From: a virus
Length of the DNA: 64,000 bases
Virus record (IMG/VR): IMGVR_UViG_3300014835_000095
Direction: 5' to 3' (one strand)
Under the pieces are notes generated by a model. The model ran no database searches. It was not told the origin of the DNA and saw only the letters and a program-made list of their open reading frames with translations. Below, piece by piece: positions 9,221 through 18,000 of this stretch (positions within the stretch are counted from its first letter, which is position 1; each line of letters opens with the position of its first letter). Made by a program: the position numbers and the translations under genes.

Positions 9221-9610
9221 TTACATCTGCAGGCTTAAAAAATCTGTGTAATAATCTAACGCCCCTTGGACTCTACAATCACTCTTTATTCCTTCTTCAT
9301 CATATTCTTTTAAATATACCACAAAATCGCCCATTTCGATTCTACATTCACCCGCAACGTATTCAAACGCACCATAATATTGGAGGGATTTATCTGATGA
9401 TTTTGGGGTAATGATGCAATCTGAATCAATATATAATCTAAAACCAGATCTTTCATCTAAGCCGAGTTTTTCTGGAGAAACTTGCTCCATAGAAGTAACT
9501 TTGGTTTTAATAATGTTATTAATATTTCTAATAAATTCTAGCATTTTTAATTTCTCTCTGTAAGATTTAAGGTAAACGTTAGTTATATGCCATCCTTGGC
9601 TATCTGTCAA
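9221..9610 (-). CDS. Hypothetical protein (true start probably downstream of 9610)
   Basis: ORF track; annotated 5' end overlaps a promoter at 9582-9610. Confidence 0.55.
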   Translation of the reverse strand: MTDSQGWHITNVYLKSYREKLKMLEFIRNINNIIKTKVTSMEQVSPEKLGLDERSGFRLYIDSDCIITPKSSDKSLQYYGAFEYVAGECRIEMGDFVVYLKEYDEEGIKSDCRVQGALDYYTDFLSLQM

Positions 9611-9613
9611 TAA

Positions 9614-9970
9614 TTAAATAACTAATCTCTTTACGGCACGAACATAGCTCGCACTATTCTTATCATAGTAGTTCTGGAAGCCATTGAAGAAATACTGACC
9701 CCAAGCGTCGGTAGCAGAAAACTCAGCACTAGACCAATAGTAAGTCGCAATAAATTCTCTTCTAATATCTTCATTCATGTATGCTTCTAAAAGAATATTT
9801 CTAGGCGGCAATTCACCTCCGACAGTTTGGCACCATTCAATTGCAGCATCCCAGTCTAGTTCTTCATCGGCTTCTGGACCAAGCAGCCATTTAGTTCCAT
9901 TTAACTCACATATAACTGGGGCATTTTTCCAATCGTAAGGTTGATTTGTTAAAGCATCAATTTTAGTCAT
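9614..9970 (-). CDS. DUF1566/CLec-fold protein, candidate DGR target
   Basis: W..A...C...GG.LP, YWSS..F..AW...F..G..K..VRAV; paralog of 40500..40877. Confidence 0.85.
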   Translation of the reverse strand: MTKIDALTNQPYDWKNAPVICELNGTKWLLGPEADEELDWDAAIEWCQTVGGELPPRNILLEAYMNEDIRREFIATYYWSSAEFSATDAWGQYFFNGFQNYYDKNSASYVRAVKRLVI

Positions 9971-10008
9971 AATATATTCTCTCTTTGTGTGTTTGTTTTA
10001 AAGTACGG

Positions 10009-10200
10009 GTCAATTATCGTTCATCTAGAGGCAGGAGTCAAGTCTTTTTTTTCTTTCTTTCCAACCTTCCTGTCTCAAAGTAAGCGTCAATTATCGTTCA
10101 TCTAGAGGCAGGAGTCAAGTCTTTTTTTTCTTTCTTTCCAACCTTCCTGTCTCAAAGTAAGCGTCAATTATCGTTCATCTAGAGGCAGGAGTCAAGTCTT
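10009..10200. repeat. 2.5 tandem copies of a 77-bp unit, each with a minus-strand sigma70 promoter
   Basis: Copies start at 10009, 10086, 10163; each reads TTGACT-17-GATAAT on the minus strand. Confidence 0.9.
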
Positions 10201-10202
10201 AT

Positions 10203-10604
10203 TTAATCCAAATAAAGATGAGGTTTTTGGGAGATCCTTAATGCAATTCTCTCTAAAACAATATTGTCATCATCTATGGTTGATTCCCACCCATTATAAA
10301 ACTCAGTATCAAACCCATCAAATGCTACTATTCTATTTCGATCTGGATTATATCCACGATATTCCATTTCATCTGCTAATTGATTGAATCTATTTTTTAA
10401 AAAATCTAATTTATTATAAAAATAACGAACATGTCCAGAATTTAAGGTGAATTTTTTTGGGATATTTTTCAATACTTCTTTTTTAGATTTAGTTTTTAAA
10501 CTCCTACGTAAAGATCCAGAAATCATTGTGATTTCTCGTAATTCTGCTATTAGATGTAATCTTTTTAGGAATTGAGGGTTTATGTTGGAGTTAATTCTAG
10601 TCAT
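10203..10604 (-). CDS. denV: Pyrimidine-dimer DNA glycosylase (endonuclease V)
   Basis: MTRIN start, HLIAELREITMI, LNSGHVRYFYNKL. Confidence 0.92.
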   Translation of the reverse strand: MTRINSNINPQFLKRLHLIAELREITMISGSLRRSLKTKSKKEVLKNIPKKFTLNSGHVRYFYNKLDFLKNRFNQLADEMEYRGYNPDRNRIVAFDGFDTEFYNGWESTIDDDNIVLERIALRISQKPHLYLD

Positions 10605-10721
10605 TTGTATGCTTCTATGTTAAAGTGTTTATTGTCTATCATCTAAAAAAACAATGTTCATTTCATTGAGAAGTTATGGAACCTCGCTACTAATACTTCA
10701 GCAACGAGGTATAAAATATAA

Positions 10722-11168
10722 CTATGAAGGTAAGTTTTTTTTGATTAAAATTGAAGCAACCTCTCCATTATATAATCCAGGGAAGGATGTTTTTAAATAG
10801 GCCATAATTTTACCCATGGTGGCAGAACTTTCTTCCTGGATAAATGTGACAATTATAGAGGTCAATTCTTCATCTGAAATTAAAACTGGAAGGTATTCAT
10901 TGATGATAGAAATTTCAATATTTGCTTGATCCATCAACGCTTGATCGGTAATATTCTTTCTAGAATTGGCTGCCTTTATAATAGTTTCTGCTCCATCTTT
11001 AAATTTCTTTAATACAGCAATAACTTCTAGATCTGTAGATTCAGCATTTCTTAAATTTTTACCTACATTTGCGGATTCTGAGTACAGTGTAATTAGAAAT
11101 GATGATATAGAGCTTCTTTGTTTTCTAGCAACAATTGACGCTTCTTTGATTTGTTGTAATAGATTCAT
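10722..11168 (-). CDS. GatB/YqeY domain protein
   Basis: Helical YqeY pattern; EISIINEYLP..ISDEEL..MGKIMAYLK. Confidence 0.75.
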   Translation of the reverse strand: MNLLQQIKEASIVARKQRSSISSFLITLYSESANVGKNLRNAESTDLEVIAVLKKFKDGAETIIKAANSRKNITDQALMDQANIEISIINEYLPVLISDEELTSIIVTFIQEESSATMGKIMAYLKTSFPGLYNGEVASILIKKNLPS

Positions 11169-11209
11169 ATTGCCTCATTATTTAATAAAAATTAAATCAA
11201 TAAATCTTT

Positions 11210-11791
11210 TTAATTTACCATTTTTTTTGGGCGGCCTTTCGCCTTTGGGGGGATTCCAGAGTTTTGTGCCAACAATTCCTCCGATACCTTTGGGATTTTA
11301 ACTTGTTTCACCTCTTTTTTGAATTGTTCTAACATAAACTCATCCCGGTCTATCCCATTTGGCCACTCAAAGAAACCGGCATCAACAATTTTATCCAATG
11401 TAATATTAGGATATGATTCGTTCAATGTTTGATCTTTGATCAAAATCATTAATGTTGCTTCTGTATGGTGTAATGATTCAAGTAATTGAATGAATAACTG
11501 TTCGCGTTTAGTTTCTGTAAGATCAGTTCTGATAAACCTATCAAAATTCTTAGCCTCATATCCTAGATTACTGGTGGTTAAATCCATAGGAGCGTTATCT
11601 TTATTAAATGGGCATTCCCCCTCTGGCAAAAGAAATCTGCCCCTTGGAATAAACGCATAGCCCAGAACATTTTTTAATGCAGGATCTGATACGTTATCTT
11701 TCAATGATTGCAATACATCTTCAGATGTGTTGATTTTCTGAAGAATAATTGACATACTCTCACGTCTTGTTGTATTCATTTGCTTCCTCAT
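11210..11791 (-). CDS. Conserved T4-like hypothetical protein
   Basis: LPEGECPF, KREQLFIQLLESLH..EA..LI..KD pattern. Confidence 0.75.
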   Translation of the reverse strand: MRKQMNTTRRESMSIILQKINTSEDVLQSLKDNVSDPALKNVLGYAFIPRGRFLLPEGECPFNKDNAPMDLTTSNLGYEAKNFDRFIRTDLTETKREQLFIQLLESLHHTEATLMILIKDQTLNESYPNITLDKIVDAGFFEWPNGIDRDEFMLEQFKKEVKQVKIPKVSEELLAQNSGIPPKAKGRPKKMVN

Positions 11792-11817
11792 TTTATTTAA
11801 ATTACAAATTATATATA

Positions 11818-12711
11818 TTAAAATTCTTCAATAGAATCTATTAATAATCTACAGTTATGTTTAATAAAATATTTATAGATCAATCCTTGTGACCCATTAA
11901 TAATACAAGATGTAAAAGTATCAATAATATTATTAGAAATATTTTCTGGTATCATATCAAAAGATACTAATAACTCATTCCTCTGCCAATAACATCGCTC
12001 CGTGTCAGTCCTACAGGCTTCTATACCATGTTCAATAAATTCTTGTAACCTATCCTTTCTCATCGTATTTTGTCTAATTTTATTAACAAAAGAATCACCT
12101 GGGCTTAATGTATTACAAATACCATCACCCCTATCGCCATTAGCAATATGTTCATTAATAAATGCTTGAACATTTTTAGGTTTATCAATATACTTCTTTT
12201 GCATAGGACTATATTGTCTAATGTTGGAATATTGATGTAGTTGGGAAAAATCGTGATCCGCCGATAGTATTAGTGTTTTTTTACTTATATCTTCAATACC
12301 AGATATATCAAAATCGTTAGTCTGAGTCCATTTTGATATAACAGCAATGATATCATCGGCTTCACACTTTTCCACCTGGATGACTTTGTATGGGAAATTA
12401 GTTATTAAATCATCTTTAATGTTATTCATACAAGTGAAGATAAAATCCCAATCTATATCTGATTTTTCTCTACCTATCTTACGAGATGCTTTATAATGTT
12501 CAAATCTATCCCTCCTCCAATAATTACGATCATCAATTGCAATTACGAGCGTACCATAGTCTTTGCTGAATTTCTTTTTATTGGATAATATGCTAGATAT
12601 AATAGCATGTCTAATAATACTTTCACCCTCTTCTGGTGATGCAGATTTTATTTCTCTTTGGAATGCCAAAATAGCAGCAATTGAAATTTGTGAGTAATCT
12701 AATAGTATCAT
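11818..12711 (-). CDS. rnh: T4-type RNase H / 5' nuclease
   Basis: ILLDYSQI, YWRR, YKASR, EADDIIA, ILSADHDFSQL, GDRGDGICN. Confidence 0.95.
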   Translation of the reverse strand: MILLDYSQISIAAILAFQREIKSASPEEGESIIRHAIISSILSNKKKFSKDYGTLVIAIDDRNYWRRDRFEHYKASRKIGREKSDIDWDFIFTCMNNIKDDLITNFPYKVIQVEKCEADDIIAVISKWTQTNDFDISGIEDISKKTLILSADHDFSQLHQYSNIRQYSPMQKKYIDKPKNVQAFINEHIANGDRGDGICNTLSPGDSFVNKIRQNTMRKDRLQEFIEHGIEACRTDTERCYWQRNELLVSFDMIPENISNNIIDTFTSCIINGSQGLIYKYFIKHNCRLLIDSIEEF

Positions 12712-12719
12712 TTATAATC

Positions 12720-13856
12720 TCAGTTAAATGTTTTTAGGATAATCATATCTGAATTTGTTCTTCCAGTCACTACCTGTTTTTTGGTTGAAATAGAATCAAA
12801 GCGCAATTTGGCTTGTTTTTTAGTTGTTGATACTAAATCTTTTATTGCATCTGAATTTCTGATACTTTTAATACCAGAGGATTCAATATCAAATCCAATG
12901 ATTGTTGTACCTTTTATTGATAATGTTTCATTTTGAGCTGCAGTATAAAATGTCAATTTACGCTTTACAGTATCATACAAAAATGCACTGGTGCAATTGA
13001 TCAGCTTTACTGGAGATTCAGATTTTAAATTTAAAAATAAATCTTCAAAACTGATTAGGTATTTTAATGATTTAATAAGATCTATGGGTGCTTTTGCTTT
13101 AATCGTTACAGGCTTTTTTGCTAAGACTGATTGTTGTGTGCAACTAGACACAATATCATTCAATAATTGTAATAATCGTCTAACACTAACCACTTTAATG
13201 CTAGAATATGAATCATTTAGATCATCATCGGTTTTGGCTAATACTTCTTCTAATTCTAATATGTGAGATTTGTATAAAGGTGGTATTAGTTTTGATACTT
13301 GACTGCTAAGAGATTTGAGATTTGTCTTAAATTTATAATCTTTTGGATAACCATTATTAATGAAGCTATCAATCTCACCATCTATATCCGATGTTACCTC
13401 TTCAATAATTGTTTTAATTTTATCCTGTATTGGTAATACATTAGTTTTAGTTGTAGTTTTAATTTCACTAGGTATAAGTGCTGATGCAATCAATTCATCC
13501 ATTTTATTATTGATGTATGATAATTCACTATTTTCTAATACATTACCAAATTCTTTCATATGTATTAGGGTTCCGAGTTGTCTAAATTTTTCATCATCTA
13601 ATTTAGACAGTGCAGTTTTTTGAATTTTATCTGCAACAGAAGATAAAGCCCAAAGTTTTTTTGTTTTATCAATAGTAAAAATGTTATGCCAATTCATCGC
13701 CTGAATCAATGATAACTTATAATTTAAGGGATTAATAGTTGGTTCTAAGCCATCTCCTTTAAAAATCGCATCAATCTTTTCGCGTTTTTCTTTAATTCTA
13801 GCATTTTGATCCTTCTTAGCTAAAACAGCAGTATCACTTTTTTTAAGTAATTTCAT
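12720..13856 (-). CDS. Conserved T4-like hypothetical protein
   Basis: Long ORF upstream of rnh; FLYDTVKRKL...LSIKGTTIIGFD. Confidence 0.7.
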   Translation of the reverse strand: MKLLKKSDTAVLAKKDQNARIKEKREKIDAIFKGDGLEPTINPLNYKLSLIQAMNWHNIFTIDKTKKLWALSSVADKIQKTALSKLDDEKFRQLGTLIHMKEFGNVLENSELSYINNKMDELIASALIPSEIKTTTKTNVLPIQDKIKTIIEEVTSDIDGEIDSFINNGYPKDYKFKTNLKSLSSQVSKLIPPLYKSHILELEEVLAKTDDDLNDSYSSIKVVSVRRLLQLLNDIVSSCTQQSVLAKKPVTIKAKAPIDLIKSLKYLISFEDLFLNLKSESPVKLINCTSAFLYDTVKRKLTFYTAAQNETLSIKGTTIIGFDIESSGIKSIRNSDAIKDLVSTTKKQAKLRFDSISTKKQVVTGRTNSDMIILKTFN

Positions 13857-13941
13857 AATTTAACCTTTATTTTGAAGTGTAAAATTATCTAATTTTATAT
13901 TTTTACCTAAATAGGAGGACATCCTTGTCCAAAATTATTAA

Positions 13942-14208
13942 TTAGTCTTGTGAACCCATAATATTTTCATACATTACGGATAGTTCTTCATTTTCAGATT
14001 CCACTGTTGAAAAATTCTGTTTATGATAAATATTAGCCATTTTACGGATTAATTTCTTTTCAATATCAAAATCTTCGGATAGTGCTTCAATTGTTTCTTT
14101 AATAAGATCTCGTTCTGCTGCAATTCTTGTAAATGAGTTAGAGATTTCACCTAACATAGTTTTAATTTTTGCTTGATCTGCTGGGTTTGAAATGATCACA
14201 TTTGACAT
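13942..14208 (-). CDS. dsbA: dsDNA-binding protein DsbA
   Basis: EISNSFTRIAAERDLIKE..KLIRKMANIYHKQNF; start reassigned to MSNVIIS. Confidence 0.85.
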   Translation of the reverse strand: MSNVIISNPADQAKIKTMLGEISNSFTRIAAERDLIKETIEALSEDFDIEKKLIRKMANIYHKQNFSTVESENEELSVMYENIMGSQD

Positions 14209-14268
14209 AGTATAATTCCTAAATTTATATAAAATTGTGTATTTCACATCCTTGTGAATAGTAAAAGT

Positions 14269-14532
14269 TTAAATCAATGCTTCAAACGAAATAACATTTC
14301 CCAAATTAAAGCTTCTCCATGCTTCTTTTTCTGTGTCAAAAACAGCAATTGAATCAGTTGTTGATGGTGTTCTGGTTTTAGCACCTTCAGCAACATCTTT
14401 AATAGGCAACAAAGACTCTTTCAGTGTGCATTTCATATTTCTAACAGTACCATCTTTTTTAGTGAAAGAAACCAAAGCCACATTAGCAGCTAGAATAGTT
14501 AATAATTCAGTTTTTTCAATTTGGATAGTCAT
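14269..14532 (-). CDS. WYL_2/SH3-like conserved phage protein
   Basis: VSFTKKDGTVRNMKCTL...VFDTEKEAWRSF. Confidence 0.75.
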   Translation of the reverse strand: MTIQIEKTELLTILAANVALVSFTKKDGTVRNMKCTLKESLLPIKDVAEGAKTRTPSTTDSIAVFDTEKEAWRSFNLGNVISFEALI

Positions 14533-14816
14533 AATATAATTCCTAGGTTGTTTAAAGTAAGTGTGTAGTTTACAGCATTATGGATGATTGTCAAGCTTTA
14601 TTTTACAAATATTCTTCAGATTCTTCAAATTTCATTTTAACTAAATTGTTTTGAATTCTTTTATAATCAGTTTTCAATTTCACGGTGCGGCTTTGAAATT
14701 TTGGTTCTGACAATTCTTTAGCAACCCAATTTCTTTTAATTTTTTCTAGGCTTTGTTCTTCCACTTTATTCCTCATCATGAATTAATAGTAAGTTTGTAT
14801 TGTAATACAGATATTA

Positions 14817-15098
14817 TCAGATGTCAACTATTATTTCACAGTCATCTGATAAGTATTTGTGGTTGTATGTAGTGCCGAATATTATCTCTTTAAACTCTCT
14901 ATGCAAAAAATGTGATGTGAAAACGTCATATTGCATGTTATGCTTTTCTTTAATGTAATAAAAATTAACACATCTAGTTAGGCGTTCTGTTTCTATTTCG
15001 CAGTTTTCAATTGTAGGTAATACGTTAGATTGATATAGTTTTGCTGTAGCTATAATATCATAAGCCTTTTTTATATTAGGACGATTCATTTGATTCAC
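14817..15098 (-). CDS. Hypothetical protein
   Basis: ORF behind early promoter. Confidence 0.55.
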   Translation of the reverse strand: MNQMNRPNIKKAYDIIATAKLYQSNVLPTIENCEIETERLTRCVNFYYIKEKHNMQYDVFTSHFLHREFKEIIFGTTYNHKYLSDDCEIIVDI

Positions 15099-15384
15099 TC
15101 TGGATTAAAATAAACATTATATGCTAGTTATATCGTATGTCAAGCTTTAAATTCTCACCATTTTAACTTTATACTCCATGCCGAAATACTTTTTCTCGTT
15201 GGGACTAATGCTAACATTGAGATGTCTTATTTTTAAGACAGCTTCACTTTTTTTAAAAAATGATGTGATCAATTCCGGAACAGAGCCACTGACATTGTAA
15301 TATACGCCATATTTTAGCATGATATAATTTCTTTGTGATTTAGAGAGTGATTATTGTAACACAAAAGTGAGGAAAAGAAAAGGA

Positions 15385-15801
15385 CTATTTCAAATGTTTT
15401 TTATGTATTTTACAACTTATGATGCCATTATAATAGTCATTAGATTTTAATACATTATAATGGAACTGCAGGCGTGCTTCTTCGTACGAGAGGTTGCCTT
15501 TAGAGATTTCATACGACATGATTTCTCTGTAAAAATTGTCTGAGCCTAATTCTAAAATATCACGCTGCAACTCAACACAAGATCCAAAATAATCACGCCA
15601 ATCAGATTCAATTGGGATTTTTATTTTTTTCTTCTTTTTTACTCCAGATTTGAGTGCAATGGTTATCGTTTTTGTTTTTGTAAAATATTTAAGTTTTTTT
15701 CCTAAATATTTTCTACCAGTATGGATGCATGTAATTTTATACACAAAACCAACACAGTCTGGAAGTTCAGTTACTTCTTCATTTTTATAATACCAAGACA
15801 T
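15385..15801 (-). CDS. Small GIY-YIG (Seg-like) endonuclease
   Basis: GFVYKIT...RKYLGKK, YFGS, YYNG; start reassigned to MSWYY behind GGAGG. Confidence 0.8.
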   Translation of the reverse strand: MSWYYKNEEVTELPDCVGFVYKITCIHTGRKYLGKKLKYFTKTKTITIALKSGVKKKKKIKIPIESDWRDYFGSCVELQRDILELGSDNFYREIMSYEISKGNLSYEEARLQFHYNVLKSNDYYNGIISCKIHKKHLK

Positions 15802-15922
15802 TATAACCTCCATATGAATTAGAATAGATCGCGGGACACCTAGTCCCCACCTATTCTAAATATACCTATGTGATACAGGGATTACTGATTTAGCTATTCA
15901 TATGTATAGTAATAATTACTTT

Positions 15923-16069
15923 TTATTCATAATCTTCTTCTTCAAATTCCAAAAGTGGTGTAGCACATACTGGGCAAATAGATATATCATTTATTGTTAG
16001 ATCCACATTTTTAACTGATATCTGCCCAATAGTTCCACAGCTATCACACGAAAATATTTTTTTAATCAT
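15923..16069 (-). CDS. 48-aa zinc-ribbon protein
   Basis: Hand translation MIKKIFSCDSCG...ICPVCATPLLEFEEEDYE; not in ORF track. Confidence 0.75.
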   Translation of the reverse strand: MIKKIFSCDSCGTIGQISVKNVDLTINDISICPVCATPLLEFEEEDYE

Positions 16070-16087
16070 TTTTAAATTCCTTAAATT

Positions 16088-16831
16088 TTACCATTCATCC
16101 ATATCCCCCTTATTGGTTTCAAGATATTTGTATTTAGATGGCATTTTTGGTGAATAATCAATTGAAGTTATTTTTTCAATCGCAGCAACTGTTGTTATGT
16201 ATGTAGAAAAATCCAAAGATGTTTCTTTATTTGGAATCATAAAGGCCAAAACCTTATGTCTTTTAGCATCAATTAATATTTTATACATATGAGACGGCAC
16301 CGAAACCGTATTTATTACTTTAGGATTTTCACCAAATATAGTCCCAGTTATAATATATACCTGATTATATTTATTAACAAGAGATCTACTATATTGTTCC
16401 AATAAATTCCAGGTATGACGATTTAGATCTTGATTTTGCATCGTCATATTAGACATTAAAAATGAATCATGCATAACACTATCTGAATAATTAAAATCTG
16501 CGGCAGGTGCTAAATGTCCTCTATCAAACCCAGATCTTAAAAATTCACGAGTGGTATTCCTATGGTCTGATGGGATTTCAGCATCATCATGAAAATCATT
16601 CCTCCTGACACTAGACCCATTAATGTGATCTTTAGTCACATTTTCTAACACATAATAGGCAGCCTTTGTTTTATAATTATAATTTACAGCATAACCAGTT
16701 CTGCAAAGATATTGATTATTACCATCTGTAATAATAGGAGCACCCCACACATTATGATTAGGGCATTTATCATCAATACCATTGGCAAATACTGAAGATG
16801 AAAATAATATTAGTAATAGTGTTTTTTTCAT
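16088..16831 (-). CDS. Sugar non-specific endonuclease (NucA/EndoG family) with signal peptide
   Basis: FDRGHLAPAAD, SFLMSNMTMQ..LNRHTW..LE; hydrophobic N-terminus. Confidence 0.92.
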   Translation of the reverse strand: MKKTLLLILFSSSVFANGIDDKCPNHNVWGAPIITDGNNQYLCRTGYAVNYNYKTKAAYYVLENVTKDHINGSSVRRNDFHDDAEIPSDHRNTTREFLRSGFDRGHLAPAADFNYSDSVMHDSFLMSNMTMQNQDLNRHTWNLLEQYSRSLVNKYNQVYIITGTIFGENPKVINTVSVPSHMYKILIDAKRHKVLAFMIPNKETSLDFSTYITTVAAIEKITSIDYSPKMPSKYKYLETNKGDMDEW

Positions 16832-16950
16832 GTAATCGCCTTAGTTGAAATTGTCATATGTTTGTTTTTTAAAGTCATCAGTTTTTTCCTTAATATTATC
16901 TTTATTACAGTATATAGATCAACCCCATTAACTAATGTATATTCTTCATT

Positions 16951-17991
16951 TTACACCCACAATTTTGATAAATCTAAACTAGATAAATCGTTTTTAATTG
17001 ATCCCACTAGATAACTACTTAGTTCAACTTCTTGTGGAGCTGGGGCAGAATTTGAAGAAGTAAGATGCTTTTCAATCCAAGGTAATGGGTGACTGTTCTT
17101 AGGGATATTACTAAATAATCCAATATTTCTCATGCGTTTGTGTAATAAATAATCCACATATTTAGATAATATTTCAGCATTTAAACCCAACATACTTCCA
17201 TTGGTAAAGAGATATTCCGCCCATTCTTTTTCTTGTTGTCCAGCGGAAAGAAATATCTGTTCAGCTTTATCTTTATTGTCAGCGATAATCTCTATAAATT
17301 CGGGATCATCTTGAGGCAGTATTTTAAGTATATGTTGAACTAAAGATAAATGAACATTTTCATCACGAGCGATAAGCTTAACAATTTTAGCACTACCTTC
17401 TACTAATCCACGTTCTAAAAAAGAAAACGTACAAGCAAATGAAACATAAAATCTAATTGCTTCTAATGCATTTGCTGCTACTAATCCAAGATATAAATCC
17501 TCTTTACTTGGGTTTGATATAAGATTATCATACGATTTGGTAATATCATTAGCACAATCGGCAATTTGAATGATATTAGGCATATCATCAATTACAACTT
17601 TCGGATCAGGATAAATAGCTCTGATGATTTGAGTATAACTTTGAGAATGAATAGTTTCAAAGAAAGCCCACGTTGTTAAACAATTCTCCAATGATGGATC
17701 AGTACAATGTGGCAAAAATGCTAGTGTTGGTGCTCTACCTTGAATGGAATCAAGAAGTATTTGCCGTTTTAGATTAGCTGTGAATATGAATTGCTCCATA
17801 TCTGTCATACCTGAAAATGATCGTTTTTCTTGACCTAAATCCACCTCTTGCGGATTCCAATAAAAAGATTTCATTTTTTCATTAATTTTATCTAATACCG
17901 GGTATCTCACCACATCATAACGTGATATCCCGTGACCAGATTCCCCAAAGAATAATTTATCTGGGTGTACATTCATATTTAAAATTGACAT
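16951..17991 (-). CDS. nrdB: Ribonucleotide reductase class Ia beta subunit
   Basis: FETIHSQSY, LEAIRFYVSF, IARDENVH, APQEVELSSY. Confidence 0.97.
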   Translation of the reverse strand: MSILNMNVHPDKLFFGESGHGISRYDVVRYPVLDKINEKMKSFYWNPQEVDLGQEKRSFSGMTDMEQFIFTANLKRQILLDSIQGRAPTLAFLPHCTDPSLENCLTTWAFFETIHSQSYTQIIRAIYPDPKVVIDDMPNIIQIADCANDITKSYDNLISNPSKEDLYLGLVAANALEAIRFYVSFACTFSFLERGLVEGSAKIVKLIARDENVHLSLVQHILKILPQDDPEFIEIIADNKDKAEQIFLSAGQQEKEWAEYLFTNGSMLGLNAEILSKYVDYLLHKRMRNIGLFSNIPKNSHPLPWIEKHLTSSNSAPAPQEVELSSYLVGSIKNDLSSLDLSKLWV

Positions 17992-18000
17992 TATATATCC

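Noticed and set aside
10009-10200. Possible CRISPR array
   Set aside because: Units are fully identical 77-mers with no unique spacers; no cas genes seen
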